Positions 12,001-21,814 are shown, numbered from the stretch's first letter. The stretch: 61,172 nt of DNA from a virus (IMGVR_UViG_3300032053_000073:1-61172); one strand, 5' to 3'. The notes: generated from the sequence alone by a model not told the origin. Program-made: numbers and translations.

Positions 12001-12648
12001 ATTACGGGGCGTTGGCGAGCTGATCTTGGCATCACTTTAACAAGCGGAAAAGTCTCTGACTGGGCTAATCAAGGCTCTGGTGGTGGATCTGTAACAGACG
12101 GCGGATTTTCTACAAGGCGTCCTACCCCAACAACACGGAATGGTAAGGACGTATTGCAGTTTCACCTTAATTTCTTAATTGGCGGAGTTGTGTGGTCAAG
12201 CATTATCTCGGCAGCTACGTATTACGCATTTGTCACATTAGAATCTACCGATACCACTACCACTACAGGCGCCTCATTTTCAAATCCAGCAGTAATGGGA
12301 TCTTCGTATGTTTCATGGGAAATTACAAAAGATGTGGTACGAACTGTCAATTATGATGGTACTACAGATACATCTCCTAACGTTACATTTACGCCAAACG
12401 CTCGACATCTAGTTGCATATCAGCATACTGGTGGCAATGTGGCATGTGGATTAGATGGGTCTACGCCTACTACAACGGCCAGCGGAGATACGGCGAACAG
12501 AACAGAAGCTGCGCGTATAGGGTGTAATTACAATAATGGATTCTTTTTTGATGGATATATTAGAGAGATTGTAATATCCACAAGCTCTATTACTGCCAAC
12601 GAAATAACGCGTGTAACTAATTACATGACTGCAGATTTCGTAACGTAA
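9070..12648 (+). CDS. tail fibre-like protein, paralogue 3, with an IPT/Ig-like + LamG/ConA-like C-terminal extension
   Basis: collinear with the paralogues, then LTITGTNFVSGSIVSIGG (IPT/TIG-like) and WRADLG...VSDW...FFDGYIREI (LamG-like). Confidence 0.8.
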   Translation: MANTWVNNIVVLGSSGAFTVPRNNDTIQIGQNLYVVGSDKTIKLDGFLTINARSAPPVSLSNTGTIYFDTGTNRLLASESGATFANIIGASGAASGDLSGTYSTPTVSKINSTSVAASPSANQALAATSSTTSAWSQITDGYVLSSTVIAGSKINPAFSPQSLTAGTFALGLTSSANSIDGYVNLNTKTFTTTGTIDTTTKDLIVYADTTTVGFTLTLPAPVNGRIIIIKDKKQLFSTKNLTIARAGAEKIDGVAASLVLSKNNKTLIITSDGTDWYTNDYTSSLAGAGGGDLGGTYPNPTVVGLTGTGNIVTTSAATIRFNNNVVAPTINQIDRNVGDAVSNGPTFIIQAQNATGTTSVGGNLILKSGTGTSTHGNIQLKHVGFNGTTITQNTVFASVTSSTSAPGVLLYGYLKYNVNSAWALATSHDSFANSLTYFPVGDTNAPGWWTSIYADSFSYCAYAVSGAQAVEGAGIMWYPRGYGMTIVNNGTQYAPYTFPNLISAKSSQIRSGYRFTADRVTLANTAAPNAYYEKVITSDGYDGNAWVATTTYIGANPAAGFADTIIPTSNNAGSRAFECLVGGTTGSSQPNWDGYQTTGNTLVDGTVTWKNVGASATYNMMNKIQGNTTPITTTYTVLSTDELVLITNITAPFTISLPTNPTAKDYYTIKDGYGCSTNNITIDGYQGGTGKLIDGANTILFNQDFSAVTVYYNGTQWNVTSQVKTEGLTSADNDFASGTRLDAVPSEIVLASTSSLTSVPFRQFTTYAQTTSATYVTIASYTIPTNSMADWNLSLAGWNVNGGTPNGDGYRADIKFQSSRLTGAPTLYPASPLGTNVSSSGGGSAYSTRITLSTNLMLVEVSGAAATTVNWSCIGKCIIIGNTVAVATVSSVSSAGTSTQWDNAQTLTITGTNFVSGSIVSIGGSAMSTTFVSSTSLTCTATATVYQTSGTKSITVDASSAYTGYSVTAWTITDLPGITGRWRADLGITLTSGKVSDWANQGSGGGSVTDGGFSTRRPTPTTRNGKDVLQFHLNFLIGGVVWSSIISAATYYAFVTLESTDTTTTTGASFSNPAVMGSSYVSWEITKDVVRTVNYDGTTDTSPNVTFTPNARHLVAYQHTGGNVACGLDGSTPTTTASGDTANRTEAARIGCNYNNGFFFDGYIREIVISTSSITANEITRVTNYMTADFVT

Positions 12649-12733
12649 AGCACAATTAATTCAATTGACAGCACTACTAACATTTTAGCATATATAATGT
12701 AATTTCATAATATTTTTTTAAGGCCCAGCAAAT

Positions 12734-14719
12734 ATGGCAAAATATCCTGCCCAGCTTGATACTACAATATCCCTTCCAACAGTTAATGATAATTCTACTG
12801 CGATAAAGGGAATTACAGTAAATAGACTCAGGGATGCAATTTTAGCTATTGAAACAGAGCTTGGGATTAAGCCCTCTGGAACATATGGAAATGTTAGATC
12901 AAGAATAGATAATTTAGAGATTTTTGCTAATACAACTGGCAATGTAGTTTTCTCTCATGATTTATCTGGAACATCATCAAATCAAACGGTAGTTGGGCTA
13001 CGTGGGAATCCAATTTCAGTTACTCCTCCAGCAATTGGACAATCAATAATTTGGAACGGAACTAACTGGGCGCCAAGCACTAATTTTATTGATCAAAATA
13101 TTATAACTACAGGATCTATTCTTGGAGGTTTTACCAGTTTTTCTTCTGTCGATACCACACTATTTACATTAACAGGAAAAATGGTAGTAGATAGTATTCC
13201 TACAACATCATTTACTTCTGATTTAAATCAAGGTATAATTTATTTTGATTCAGTTGCCCATAAGTTCAGGGTATCTGAAAACGGCGGGGCTTATGTCGAT
13301 TTAGTTACAACGGCGCCAGGTGGAGGCCCTTCTGGAACGGCGGGTGGCGATTTAGGCGGCAGCTACCCCAACCCAGATGTCATTAAACTGCGTGGTAAAT
13401 CAATATCGGCCGCTGCCCCATCCGCAGGCCAAACGCTAATCTGGGACGGTTATGCGTGGACTCCAAATACAAATTTCATGTTCCAAAATATTGCCACTTC
13501 TGGAAATATAATATCTAATTCTTCATTTACGACAATGTTAGATGCTTCATTAATATTATTATCTGGAAAATTGGTAATGGACGGTATTACGGCACCAATT
13601 ATTTCTGACCCAAATGAAGGTATAATTTATTTTGATCAAGCCACAAATCATTTCTTGGCATCTGAAAATGGCGGAGCATACGGGGCAATTGGCGCTGGCG
13701 GTAATTACGGATCAACAAACATAACAACAACCGGATCATCGTCTGCAAACTCTTTAATATCTAATGGTACCATAGTTGTTAATGAGATATCTACGCCAGC
13801 TGTTTCCGCTATAAATCAAGGTATTATTTATTTTGATAATATTGCAAATAAATTTAAAGTGTCTGAAAATAGCGGGGCATATATAGATTTAGTTGCGGCG
13901 GTTGGTGCTGCCGGTGGAGATTTAACCGGATCATATCCAAATCCAACTGTAGTTAAATTACGAGGTCGCGATATAGCTACTGATACCCCTACAGTTGATC
14001 AGTTTTTAGGATATACTGGTTCAGCATGGAAGCCTTTAAATATAAATTCTGATCAAATTGCGCAGACATTAGTGTTTTCAGTGATACCAGATGAGAGTTT
14101 AGTTGAAGTTGGGGTTATATTAAACCGGCCAATATTTACCGGCATATATAATCAAAACATTTCTGCATCTCAGTTATCTGATAGCGTTGGAGGTACTCCT
14201 GTAGATGTAAAAGCAGGATATACAGTATTAAGTTCGCCTGTGTTTCCGGCATCAGCTCCATTTACTAATAGATTTTATATGGACGAATCCTACACATATA
14301 GTACTTATGGATCTAGTGTAACATTTTCATTAACATCTACAGCCGTTTCAACAATAGCCATTCCAAGTCCAGCTACAAAGGTAACAGCTACAACTGTAAC
14401 ATGGGCACAAAAAATGTTTTATGGTATTGGGGCAGCCGGCGGTAATTCAGAGGCATTTATTGAGGCGCTTTCAAACAGCTTTCTTACCACATCACGAACA
14501 ACTCATTTCGAGGTTAATCCAGGCGTCTCTCAATATATTTATGTTGCTTTCAGGTCTGCTTATGGCCCGGCCACTTTCTTTGTTGATGGCTTTGAGGGTG
14601 GATTTGCATTAGTATCAAGCACTATTTCAGTGACTAATCAATATGGATTTACTGAAAACTACACTCTTTATGTAAGTGATAACGATAATTTAGGTTTATC
14701 GCACGTTTCAGTCTTTTAA
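12734..14719 (+). CDS. virion fibre/baseplate-associated protein
   Basis: N-terminal YPAQLD...LRDAILAIETELG anchor-like segment; three repeats of QGIIYFD..FxxSENGGAY; GGDL modules. Confidence 0.7.
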   Translation: MAKYPAQLDTTISLPTVNDNSTAIKGITVNRLRDAILAIETELGIKPSGTYGNVRSRIDNLEIFANTTGNVVFSHDLSGTSSNQTVVGLRGNPISVTPPAIGQSIIWNGTNWAPSTNFIDQNIITTGSILGGFTSFSSVDTTLFTLTGKMVVDSIPTTSFTSDLNQGIIYFDSVAHKFRVSENGGAYVDLVTTAPGGGPSGTAGGDLGGSYPNPDVIKLRGKSISAAAPSAGQTLIWDGYAWTPNTNFMFQNIATSGNIISNSSFTTMLDASLILLSGKLVMDGITAPIISDPNEGIIYFDQATNHFLASENGGAYGAIGAGGNYGSTNITTTGSSSANSLISNGTIVVNEISTPAVSAINQGIIYFDNIANKFKVSENSGAYIDLVAAVGAAGGDLTGSYPNPTVVKLRGRDIATDTPTVDQFLGYTGSAWKPLNINSDQIAQTLVFSVIPDESLVEVGVILNRPIFTGIYNQNISASQLSDSVGGTPVDVKAGYTVLSSPVFPASAPFTNRFYMDESYTYSTYGSSVTFSLTSTAVSTIAIPSPATKVTATTVTWAQKMFYGIGAAGGNSEAFIEALSNSFLTTSRTTHFEVNPGVSQYIYVAFRSAYGPATFFVDGFEGGFALVSSTISVTNQYGFTENYTLYVSDNDNLGLSHVSVF

Positions 14720-14762
14720 TGTTATCTAAACTAAAAAACAACTAACAAAATGACATTTAATC

Positions 14763-15296
14763 ATGCCGACTAATGTAATATCTATAATTAAGCCTAAGAA
14801 TAATGGGACTTTTCCGACCCATGAAGATACAGATGGATACGGCGGATTTCAAGTTAGAAATGACGCAACAGACAGAAACTCTATACCGTCCGGTCGTAGA
14901 AAACAAGGGATGTTGGTATATCTTAATTCTGACGGTTATTTCTATCAATTAGCAGCAGATTTAAATACATGGAATCTGGCTAATTTTGGAGTTTCTGGCG
15001 GTGGGCCTACAATACCAAATACAAGATCAATTACCGGGGCAACGACTATAGTAAATGCTTCTGATGATATGATTTTTATTACAACAATATCAGCTCCATT
15101 TACAATAACACTTCCTGCGACCCCAACTGCCGGACATGTATTTACAATAAAAGACGCATCTGGAACGGCTTCTTTAAATGCTGTTACACTAGCGGGTAAT
15201 GGGCATACGATAGACGGATCTTCAACATTCCCAATAAACCAAAATTATGAATCTATTAATATTGTTTATAACGGAACTAGTTGGAGCATTATCTAA
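14763..15296 (+). CDS. small virion/fibre-associated protein
   Basis: RNSIPxxRRKQGMLVY head; C-terminal TLPATP..IKD..YNGTSW module shared with the fibres. Confidence 0.65.
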   Translation: MPTNVISIIKPKNNGTFPTHEDTDGYGGFQVRNDATDRNSIPSGRRKQGMLVYLNSDGYFYQLAADLNTWNLANFGVSGGGPTIPNTRSITGATTIVNASDDMIFITTISAPFTITLPATPTAGHVFTIKDASGTASLNAVTLAGNGHTIDGSSTFPINQNYESINIVYNGTSWSII

Positions 15297-15672
15297 ACCT
15301 ATTATTTTTACAAGCATAGCACGTCATATTACCATCTTTATCCGGGGATGCTTGGCTCAAAAACTCATTGCACCTGCTGCAGAATGCCCCGTCCATAACA
15401 TATTCAATGGAGGCGATATTCTCGTTGGTTATATATGCAATCTCTTCATCTAAGAATTTTTTATTAATTCCAAGTCTAGTTATTTTTGAACAATCAACAG
15501 TTAATGTATTATTAAGCATTATATAATGTGGAATATAGACGTGATATCCAACTTTATCAAGAGCTACGATTTCAAATGTTTTTTTGAAATCAAAATCGCT
15601 TGCGTATGTGCTTATTATTGAACTATTTTTAATTTTGCATACAACTCGATCACCGGGCTTTAATATGCTCAT
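15289..15672 (-). CDS. hypothetical protein with C-terminal Zn ribbon
   Basis: CSRC...CYAC. Confidence 0.6.
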   Translation of the reverse strand: MSILKPGDRVVCKIKNSSIISTYASDFDFKKTFEIVALDKVGYHVYIPHYIMLNNTLTVDCSKITRLGINKKFLDEEIAYITNENIASIEYVMDGAFCSRCNEFLSQASPDKDGNMTCYACKNNRFR

Positions 15673-15689
15673 AAATTAATGTGAATATA

Positions 15690-16166
15690 TTAAAAGCTTT
15701 GCATGTAAATAGATACGCTGACTCCATCATTAATCATTACATCGTCTAATTTTGCATTAATCTCTGGCATTTGATCAACTAAGAATTGTGATACGTGAAT
15801 TGATGCCTTTTCTTGTTTAGCTAATTGATGCACGCGTTTTAGACAACTATCAAGAGCATCTGAATTTAAGGTGCCACTCTCATCTTGACATAGCATTGTA
15901 ATTACCCAGGTATCACTCTGAACAGCTGTAATGCTAATTGATCCCAGCTTAAAATTTTCACGAGAGGCGAACCACCCTTTTGATTCTGCTTTAATTTTCG
16001 GCCATTTACGATCTAATACTTTCATCAGATCTCCACTAGGCTTTCCGCTCATACTTAGATAATTTAATATAAACCTTAGTCCTGCCACTTGTGGAAGCAG
16101 GATTGTTCCGTTTATTTCCTTTTTCTTGCCCTTTTGAGAAAATCGATCATTTTGGTTAGTTGTCAT
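15690..16166 (-). CDS. macro-domain-like protein (degenerate)
   Basis: KWP..LGSISIT..VITMLCQ..DALDSCLKRV..ASIH pattern of Poa1p/TARG1-like macrodomains. Confidence 0.45.
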   Translation of the reverse strand: MTTNQNDRFSQKGKKKEINGTILLPQVAGLRFILNYLSMSGKPSGDLMKVLDRKWPKIKAESKGWFASRENFKLGSISITAVQSDTWVITMLCQDESGTLNSDALDSCLKRVHQLAKQEKASIHVSQFLVDQMPEINAKLDDVMINDGVSVSIYMQSF

Positions 16167-16225
16167 ATTATATTTACCTTTATATTAATTTTATTAGCAC
16201 GGAGTGGCATTTCAATTTATATATA

Positions 16226-16924
16226 TCAAGTGATTGTGGGCCGCCAACGCTTAACATAAGATTTGCACATAATATCAAAAGCAGAATCGCCAAAATCATT
16301 TAATGCAAGATTAACTATTAAACATACAATCCTTATATTATTTTTAGTATATCCGGCATTACAATTTATACGATCTATTGATGGCGCAAAAGCCCTTTTC
16401 GTATTACCAAATTTAGTTAAATTAAAATATATGCCAGTTAAAGCGCATTTGCCATTTTGTTCATTGTATAAGTCTATTAAAAATGGTAAGTCTATATCAC
16501 AATCAATTTTTAATTTTTTAGAACGACTGTTTGCATTTTTTCTGAGAACCCCAAGAAACTTTACATAACATTTTTCAATTGGTATTGCATCAAACATAGC
16601 TTCCGTTTTCTTATATCTTTTTGTATTATTTTCGCTATGCCTCTTAAGATGTGAAATATATTCTGACTGATTTGGATTATTTTTTAATTTTATGATTTTA
16701 TTACGACTTGCATTGCTTTTACATATCTTGCAGCGCGGTGAAAATTTGTCAAACTCAACTTCCAATTTAAAAATATGACAATTTGTACATGTCCTATCTC
16801 CAGAATACCTTTGTTTATAGCTGTATTTTTCACAAGATCGGCAAACGTTTCTATTTTCTCTAAAATTTTTTGTTATTTTAACTGAAGTACATACGGTGCA
16901 TTGCTTACTATTAGTTATAATCAT
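16226..16924 (-). CDS. HNH-like homing endonuclease
   Basis: CxxC pairs; GKCALTG..SIDRINxxxGYTKNNIRIVCxxVN. Confidence 0.75.
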   Translation of the reverse strand: MIITNSKQCTVCTSVKITKNFRENRNVCRSCEKYSYKQRYSGDRTCTNCHIFKLEVEFDKFSPRCKICKSNASRNKIIKLKNNPNQSEYISHLKRHSENNTKRYKKTEAMFDAIPIEKCYVKFLGVLRKNANSRSKKLKIDCDIDLPFLIDLYNEQNGKCALTGIYFNLTKFGNTKRAFAPSIDRINCNAGYTKNNIRIVCLIVNLALNDFGDSAFDIMCKSYVKRWRPTIT

Positions 16925-17892
16925 AGCTCATCTAAATATTCGTGTAAAAACTTAACTTCTTTTTTATAATGTATTTTTATTTTATTTGGGACTATATTCT
17001 GTTTCTTCGTTCCATATACACCAATACCGGTTTTACATCGCTTACTTATATAGGTACCAAGTAAACATTCAATATCATTAAAGTCCGGCATTATCAAAGA
17101 ATATTTACGATTATAAAATGCATCTGCCAAAAAACTATCATGACCCTGACATAAGAATAAATTACTATTTGTTAGATTACAAATATATTCTAATTCATTA
17201 TCCAGATTTTTCATCACTAATTTATCATATTTTTCTTCATCAAAATTAGAAAATAACACAGGGTCATTGAATTTATTTAGAAAAATATGAGGTTTACGAT
17301 CTTCGGTCAACGTTGCGCCCACTATTTCGTGGTTGCATGGTTTTGATTTATCTCCAATTAAATAATACGGCCTAACCCATTCATATCCAGAGTTTAATTT
17401 TGGTGTGTTTTCTGCGTCCATAAAATGAGAGTATACAAATTTTCTATCTGCCGTATTAAGCGCATCATTCAAAGTAATATATACAGTACAATCATAATTG
17501 AATAATATGGAAAAATTATATCTTAAACACAAATAATGCTTATCTACTCTGTCCATTCCATGAAAAAGCATCTTTGGATTTACTTGCCAAATTTTAATGT
17601 TTAATTCTTTTGCAATATATGATGTATACGGCTCTAAATCACTAATAATAAGATCTGGCTTAAATTGCTTTACCTGATTATAATATACAGCAAGGTTATC
17701 ACTATCAAACCTATATTTTAAACTGGCTACATCTTTAATGCTATCTAAAGTCCAATCAACAATATCCAGAATGCCAGATTTTTTATAAGCAGCAACTTTT
17801 ACATTATATTTCCCATCTATACAACGTAAAAATCTCATCATTCTTATTTTGGCGCTATAAGAATCTGATGCTGCGTACAATATCTTTAACAT
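16921..17892 (-). CDS. GT-B glycosyltransferase (MJ1255-like)
   Basis: LKILYA start; FKPDLIISDLEPYTSYIA; CQGHDSFLADAFYNRKYSLIMP. Confidence 0.65.
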   Translation of the reverse strand: MLKILYAASDSYSAKIRMMRFLRCIDGKYNVKVAAYKKSGILDIVDWTLDSIKDVASLKYRFDSDNLAVYYNQVKQFKPDLIISDLEPYTSYIAKELNIKIWQVNPKMLFHGMDRVDKHYLCLRYNFSILFNYDCTVYITLNDALNTADRKFVYSHFMDAENTPKLNSGYEWVRPYYLIGDKSKPCNHEIVGATLTEDRKPHIFLNKFNDPVLFSNFDEEKYDKLVMKNLDNELEYICNLTNSNLFLCQGHDSFLADAFYNRKYSLIMPDFNDIECLLGTYISKRCKTGIGVYGTKKQNIVPNKIKIHYKKEVKFLHEYLDEL

Positions 17893-17898
17893 TATTTA

Positions 17899-18546
17899 TC
17901 AATCAATCTTATCAGCGTCAAATGTAGACCCGTACAGTTTGACTGTTTTTTTAGATTTATCAATTAATGACCGATATATTTCAACTTGTTTATCAAATAA
18001 TTTTATTGTCGCCTGAACGTCTGATGCCGCCGTATGTTTCTTTTCATTTTTGATGCCGTATTTTTTTGCCAATCCAGATAAGCTATATCCTTCAGACATC
18101 GTTCCTTTGCAGTAATCCATAAAAAATTCAATACATGCGGTATCGACACAATATTTTTCAGATAAAGGGAATGTTTCATATGAATTACATTTTTTCCATA
18201 ATTCTTGTAACATTGATTTGTCAAACGGAGCATTATGTCCAATTATAATTCTATGTGTTGGAGGAGAGTCATCAGTATTGAGCCAATTTTCAATTTCTAT
18301 GATAACCTTTTCTGGTGGTAAAAAGGTTTCATTGCCATGTTTTGTTAGGCCCTTAATATCATCTATGTTGTAGCCATTTATTCGAAGAGCACCAGCATCA
18401 ATTGTTTCAAAATTAGTTGGTCGTAAAAACCATGTTCCCTGTGACCCATCAGATAAACGACAAATCGATATTTCAATTGGTGAGTGCTCTGTAGGAACTA
18501 AGCCGGTTGTTTCAGTATCAACGCAGTAAAGTTGAAAATTTAACAT
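17899..18546 (-). CDS. DEDDh 3'-5' exonuclease (DnaQ-like)
   Basis: VDTETTGL, GHNAPFD, HTAASDV. Confidence 0.9.
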   Translation of the reverse strand: MLNFQLYCVDTETTGLVPTEHSPIEISICRLSDGSQGTWFLRPTNFETIDAGALRINGYNIDDIKGLTKHGNETFLPPEKVIIEIENWLNTDDSPPTHRIIIGHNAPFDKSMLQELWKKCNSYETFPLSEKYCVDTACIEFFMDYCKGTMSEGYSLSGLAKKYGIKNEKKHTAASDVQATIKLFDKQVEIYRSLIDKSKKTVKLYGSTFDADKID

Positions 18547-18643
18547 AAATTAATCTCCTAATATGGAAGGGTAGAGAAATATTAATCTAATTATTAATAA
18601 TATAAATGTCAACTAGTGGCGAATTATTTTTTAATTACAGCAC

Positions 18644-18991
18644 TTATATTGAGTTATGTTTAATTTCTCGTTTTAAGGCCGCAAATGTAGTTAGGTTCCC
18701 AGACTTGCATTGTTTTATCAAAAAGTTAACGCCCTGTACAGTTCGCAAAAACATGCGTTCTTTGTTCGATAGTTTAGCTCCCTCGATAGTAAAAACAATC
18801 TTCGCATCTTCCATAATACGCCATCGCTCAATTTTATTTGCTGTAAGAATATGTTTTACCCTAATAACCTTATTGGCAACGTCATCCTCCTCATGATAAA
18901 GGTCATATTCATATTTACTAAGAATATGCTTCGTGCCAGGCTGTTCTTTTGTTTCTTGATCTCCGTATGAAAACTTATTATTAGCCACCAT
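18644..18991 (-). CDS. hypothetical protein
   Basis: ORF in co-directional gene string. Confidence 0.6.
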   Translation of the reverse strand: MVANNKFSYGDQETKEQPGTKHILSKYEYDLYHEEDDVANKVIRVKHILTANKIERWRIMEDAKIVFTIEGAKLSNKERMFLRTVQGVNFLIKQCKSGNLTTFAALKREIKHNSI

Positions 18992-19003
18992 AGTATTCGC
19001 CCT

Positions 19004-20218
19004 CTATTTACAAATTGCGTCTCCGGCAGCAACACCCATAATTGCGGCGGACAATAACCCATTAATTCCTGCAGTTTCACCAGCTGTATACATTCCCTCA
19101 ATTTCAGTTTCCAAATTTTTGCCTATATTTATTGTAGGGGTAAACGGATGAATTGTTGGGATGTAATAATAGGCTTTTGTTATTAACTCCGGAATAATAT
19201 TAGACATATCTTTTATTGAATCGACCAGCCAATCATATTCATGCAGTACCGATATTTGACTTTTCTTTGATAATATTGTTGAAACCTTTTCTTTTGAAAT
19301 TCGATCATTAGATAATAGATATGTTAATTTTCCAAGCCTATCAGTTTGCTCTGATCCCTTATTAGGATAATATCGACTGCCTATTATAGAGAACGCAACC
19401 TTATCACTATTCCATCTATTTTCATTAGATCTTAATGTTGTTATTGCCAAGTCAACATGGTCTTCGTGAATTATAGTCCCATTCCATGTCATAGGCCCGA
19501 TTGTTAATTCATCGCCCTTTGTTATTGTGCAGTTTGAATGATTATATTCTTTCATATGACCAACGTTCATTTCAACCATAACTCCGAATTTGGCATAATC
19601 ATTATTCTCTATAATATCAAATTTTTGAAATATTTCTTTTGCCCAACGCCACCCTGATCTTCCAACTGCCATTAACAATCTTTTACATCTATATTCTTCT
19701 GTTGCAGATTTAACCACAAACATACCTTTTTGTTTTGATATATCTATAATCTCAGTATCAAAACAATATTTAGTATTTCCGGCACTTTCAATTTCATTTG
19801 ATAATAATCGAGACAGGGCGTGAATATCTTTTGGATACATTTGCATATAGTCATTTAATGTTAAATTGAAACCATATTTCTTAATTTTCTTTTCGACTGA
19901 TACTTGTGGTTTCCTGTCCTTTATTACTTTGAATTCGTTTATGTTAGATAAATAATCTTCTACCCATTTGAATGATGAGTTAGCTTTGCGGTTTGTTATT
20001 AATGAGGCTACTTTAGAAATATCATTCATATATAATTTGCCATCGCTATTTGGTAGGACTCCAAGATACCCGATAAGGAATTGTCTCCGTTTCTGTGGCG
20101 CCCTACCAATATCAAATATAATCGTTTTTAGATTCTTATTTTCTCTTGCTATTTTTAGATTGGCGAATGTACCGGCTAATCCAGATCCTATTATCGCGAT
20201 ATCATATGTATTCTGCAT
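19004..20218 (-). CDS. FAD-dependent oxidoreductase (COG2509-like)
   Basis: IIGSGLAG Rossmann motif; AVGRSG; EGMYTAGETAG..GLLSAA. Confidence 0.8.
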   Translation of the reverse strand: MQNTYDIAIIGSGLAGTFANLKIARENKNLKTIIFDIGRAPQKRRQFLIGYLGVLPNSDGKLYMNDISKVASLITNRKANSSFKWVEDYLSNINEFKVIKDRKPQVSVEKKIKKYGFNLTLNDYMQMYPKDIHALSRLLSNEIESAGNTKYCFDTEIIDISKQKGMFVVKSATEEYRCKRLLMAVGRSGWRWAKEIFQKFDIIENNDYAKFGVMVEMNVGHMKEYNHSNCTITKGDELTIGPMTWNGTIIHEDHVDLAITTLRSNENRWNSDKVAFSIIGSRYYPNKGSEQTDRLGKLTYLLSNDRISKEKVSTILSKKSQISVLHEYDWLVDSIKDMSNIIPELITKAYYYIPTIHPFTPTINIGKNLETEIEGMYTAGETAGINGLLSAAIMGVAAGDAICK

Positions 20219-21000
20219 TATTTAATATGTCTCCAAGTTGCTCCACTAATCACATGGCCAATTCCTCTTCTGCTGACCCCATACAATTTACTTATTTCTT
20301 CTTGTGTATATTCTCCGGAAGCATACATTTCTCTAATCTTTATAACACCTTCTGTTTTAAGCTTTGCGCTTTTGCTATTTTCACCGCGTATTAATTCTTT
20401 AGTTTCTTCCGTATGTTTCCTGCCAAAGAAACTATTTTCCTTACCCATTCGCTTACCTTTTTGCCCAAGAGATATGTTTTTCCTGTGTTCCTCAGTGAAT
20501 CGCATGCCTGTTCTTGCTTCGCTAAGTTTTTTTTTGTGTTCTTCTGACAGTGGTATTCCAATTTTTATTTTGGACATATTTCTAAGCTGCTCAGTTGTCC
20601 TTTTTAATTGTTCTGGTGATAATTTTTTACCCATATGCTTATCGCTAATTCGTTTTTTTGTTTCTTCTGTATGTGTATATCCTTCAATAGAATCTCCGCC
20701 ATTGGTTAGATTATACCCCGCTTTACTTTTTGAATTAAAAAATTTTATCCAGTAAATTTCTGCATTATCACAATCATTTTTATTATTTAATATTTGAATT
20801 ATAGAAAATACAAAATTTTCTAATCCATATTTTCTCATTGCTTTATGAATATATTGGCAATTTATATTATTATCTTTGGCGTTAGATATATGGGATAACC
20901 AACGACGTTTAATATCCTTAGTCATTCCGACATAGACTTTATTATTTTTAATATTATGAATTAAATAAACGTAATATTGTGCCGATGAAATATTTTCCAT
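20218..21000 (-). CDS. GIY-YIG homing endonuclease with NUMOD3 repeats
   Basis: YVYLI..KVYVG, GYNLTNGG, HTEETK repeats. Confidence 0.9.
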   Translation of the reverse strand: MENISSAQYYVYLIHNIKNNKVYVGMTKDIKRRWLSHISNAKDNNINCQYIHKAMRKYGLENFVFSIIQILNNKNDCDNAEIYWIKFFNSKSKAGYNLTNGGDSIEGYTHTEETKKRISDKHMGKKLSPEQLKRTTEQLRNMSKIKIGIPLSEEHKKKLSEARTGMRFTEEHRKNISLGQKGKRMGKENSFFGRKHTEETKELIRGENSKSAKLKTEGVIKIREMYASGEYTQEEISKLYGVSRRGIGHVISGATWRHIK

Positions 21001-21034
21001 TCAGCAGATAATATATCAGTCTAAATTAATAATT

Positions 21035-21688
21035 TCAGCAAACTTCGATGATTTTGTCTATCATATCAAAAACAGGATCTTCATATGGTCTTTTGCCATT
21101 TTTTATAAGCTCTACTCCGGCTGCGAACTCTTTATCAAGCCCGTTAAATATCCAAGTAAAGTAATATGCCGGTCCCTTAAAATATTGCAGACATTCATGA
21201 GCGCCATTATCTATATCAAATTTGAACTGTTTTTTATTTGACAGTTTCCAATAACTGTATAAAGAAACTAAATATGCTCGCTTTTCAAAATACATTCTAA
21301 AATAAGCAGGAATAGGCAAGGCGCAAAGAATGATAATTGGCAAAAATATCATCCAAGACACAAATAACATAGGTAATAATAAAATAGATAATATTTGTGG
21401 AAATAGATATAAAAACGAAAAAGCTATGCCTGTATATTTCTTGGCATCATAAACATGTATTAATTCATGCAAAAAAATAACTAAAGAACTAACCGGTCTA
21501 ACAGTTTCAAATTTCTTGGATGGGAAATAAATTGTTTCGCCAATTGTTGTTGTAAATTGTGTCATGAAAGAAGGGTTAAAAAACATTAATTTGCCCATTA
21601 TTTTCATTAATGTAGATTCGTCTTTATATCTAAGTTTAAGGCCCGGAAAAAATTCATGAGCTTTATCTAAAATTTCTTGGGATATCAT
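21035..21688 (-). CDS. putative membrane zinc metallopeptidase (zincin)
   Basis: HELIH motif, hydrophobic segment, downstream FEKRAY. Confidence 0.6.
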   Translation of the reverse strand: MISQEILDKAHEFFPGLKLRYKDESTLMKIMGKLMFFNPSFMTQFTTTIGETIYFPSKKFETVRPVSSLVIFLHELIHVYDAKKYTGIAFSFLYLFPQILSILLLPMLFVSWMIFLPIIILCALPIPAYFRMYFEKRAYLVSLYSYWKLSNKKQFKFDIDNGAHECLQYFKGPAYYFTWIFNGLDKEFAAGVELIKNGKRPYEDPVFDMIDKIIEVC

Positions 21689-21814
21689 GAGGGCTCCTTA
21701 TTTGCCGGACTAATAAATGACTTTGTCCCGATTTAGTTATTTGAAATTAATAGTATTTTTAAATCGCTTATTATGTATTTTCATCAAAATCAATAAAGTC
21801 AATATTTAGCTTTA

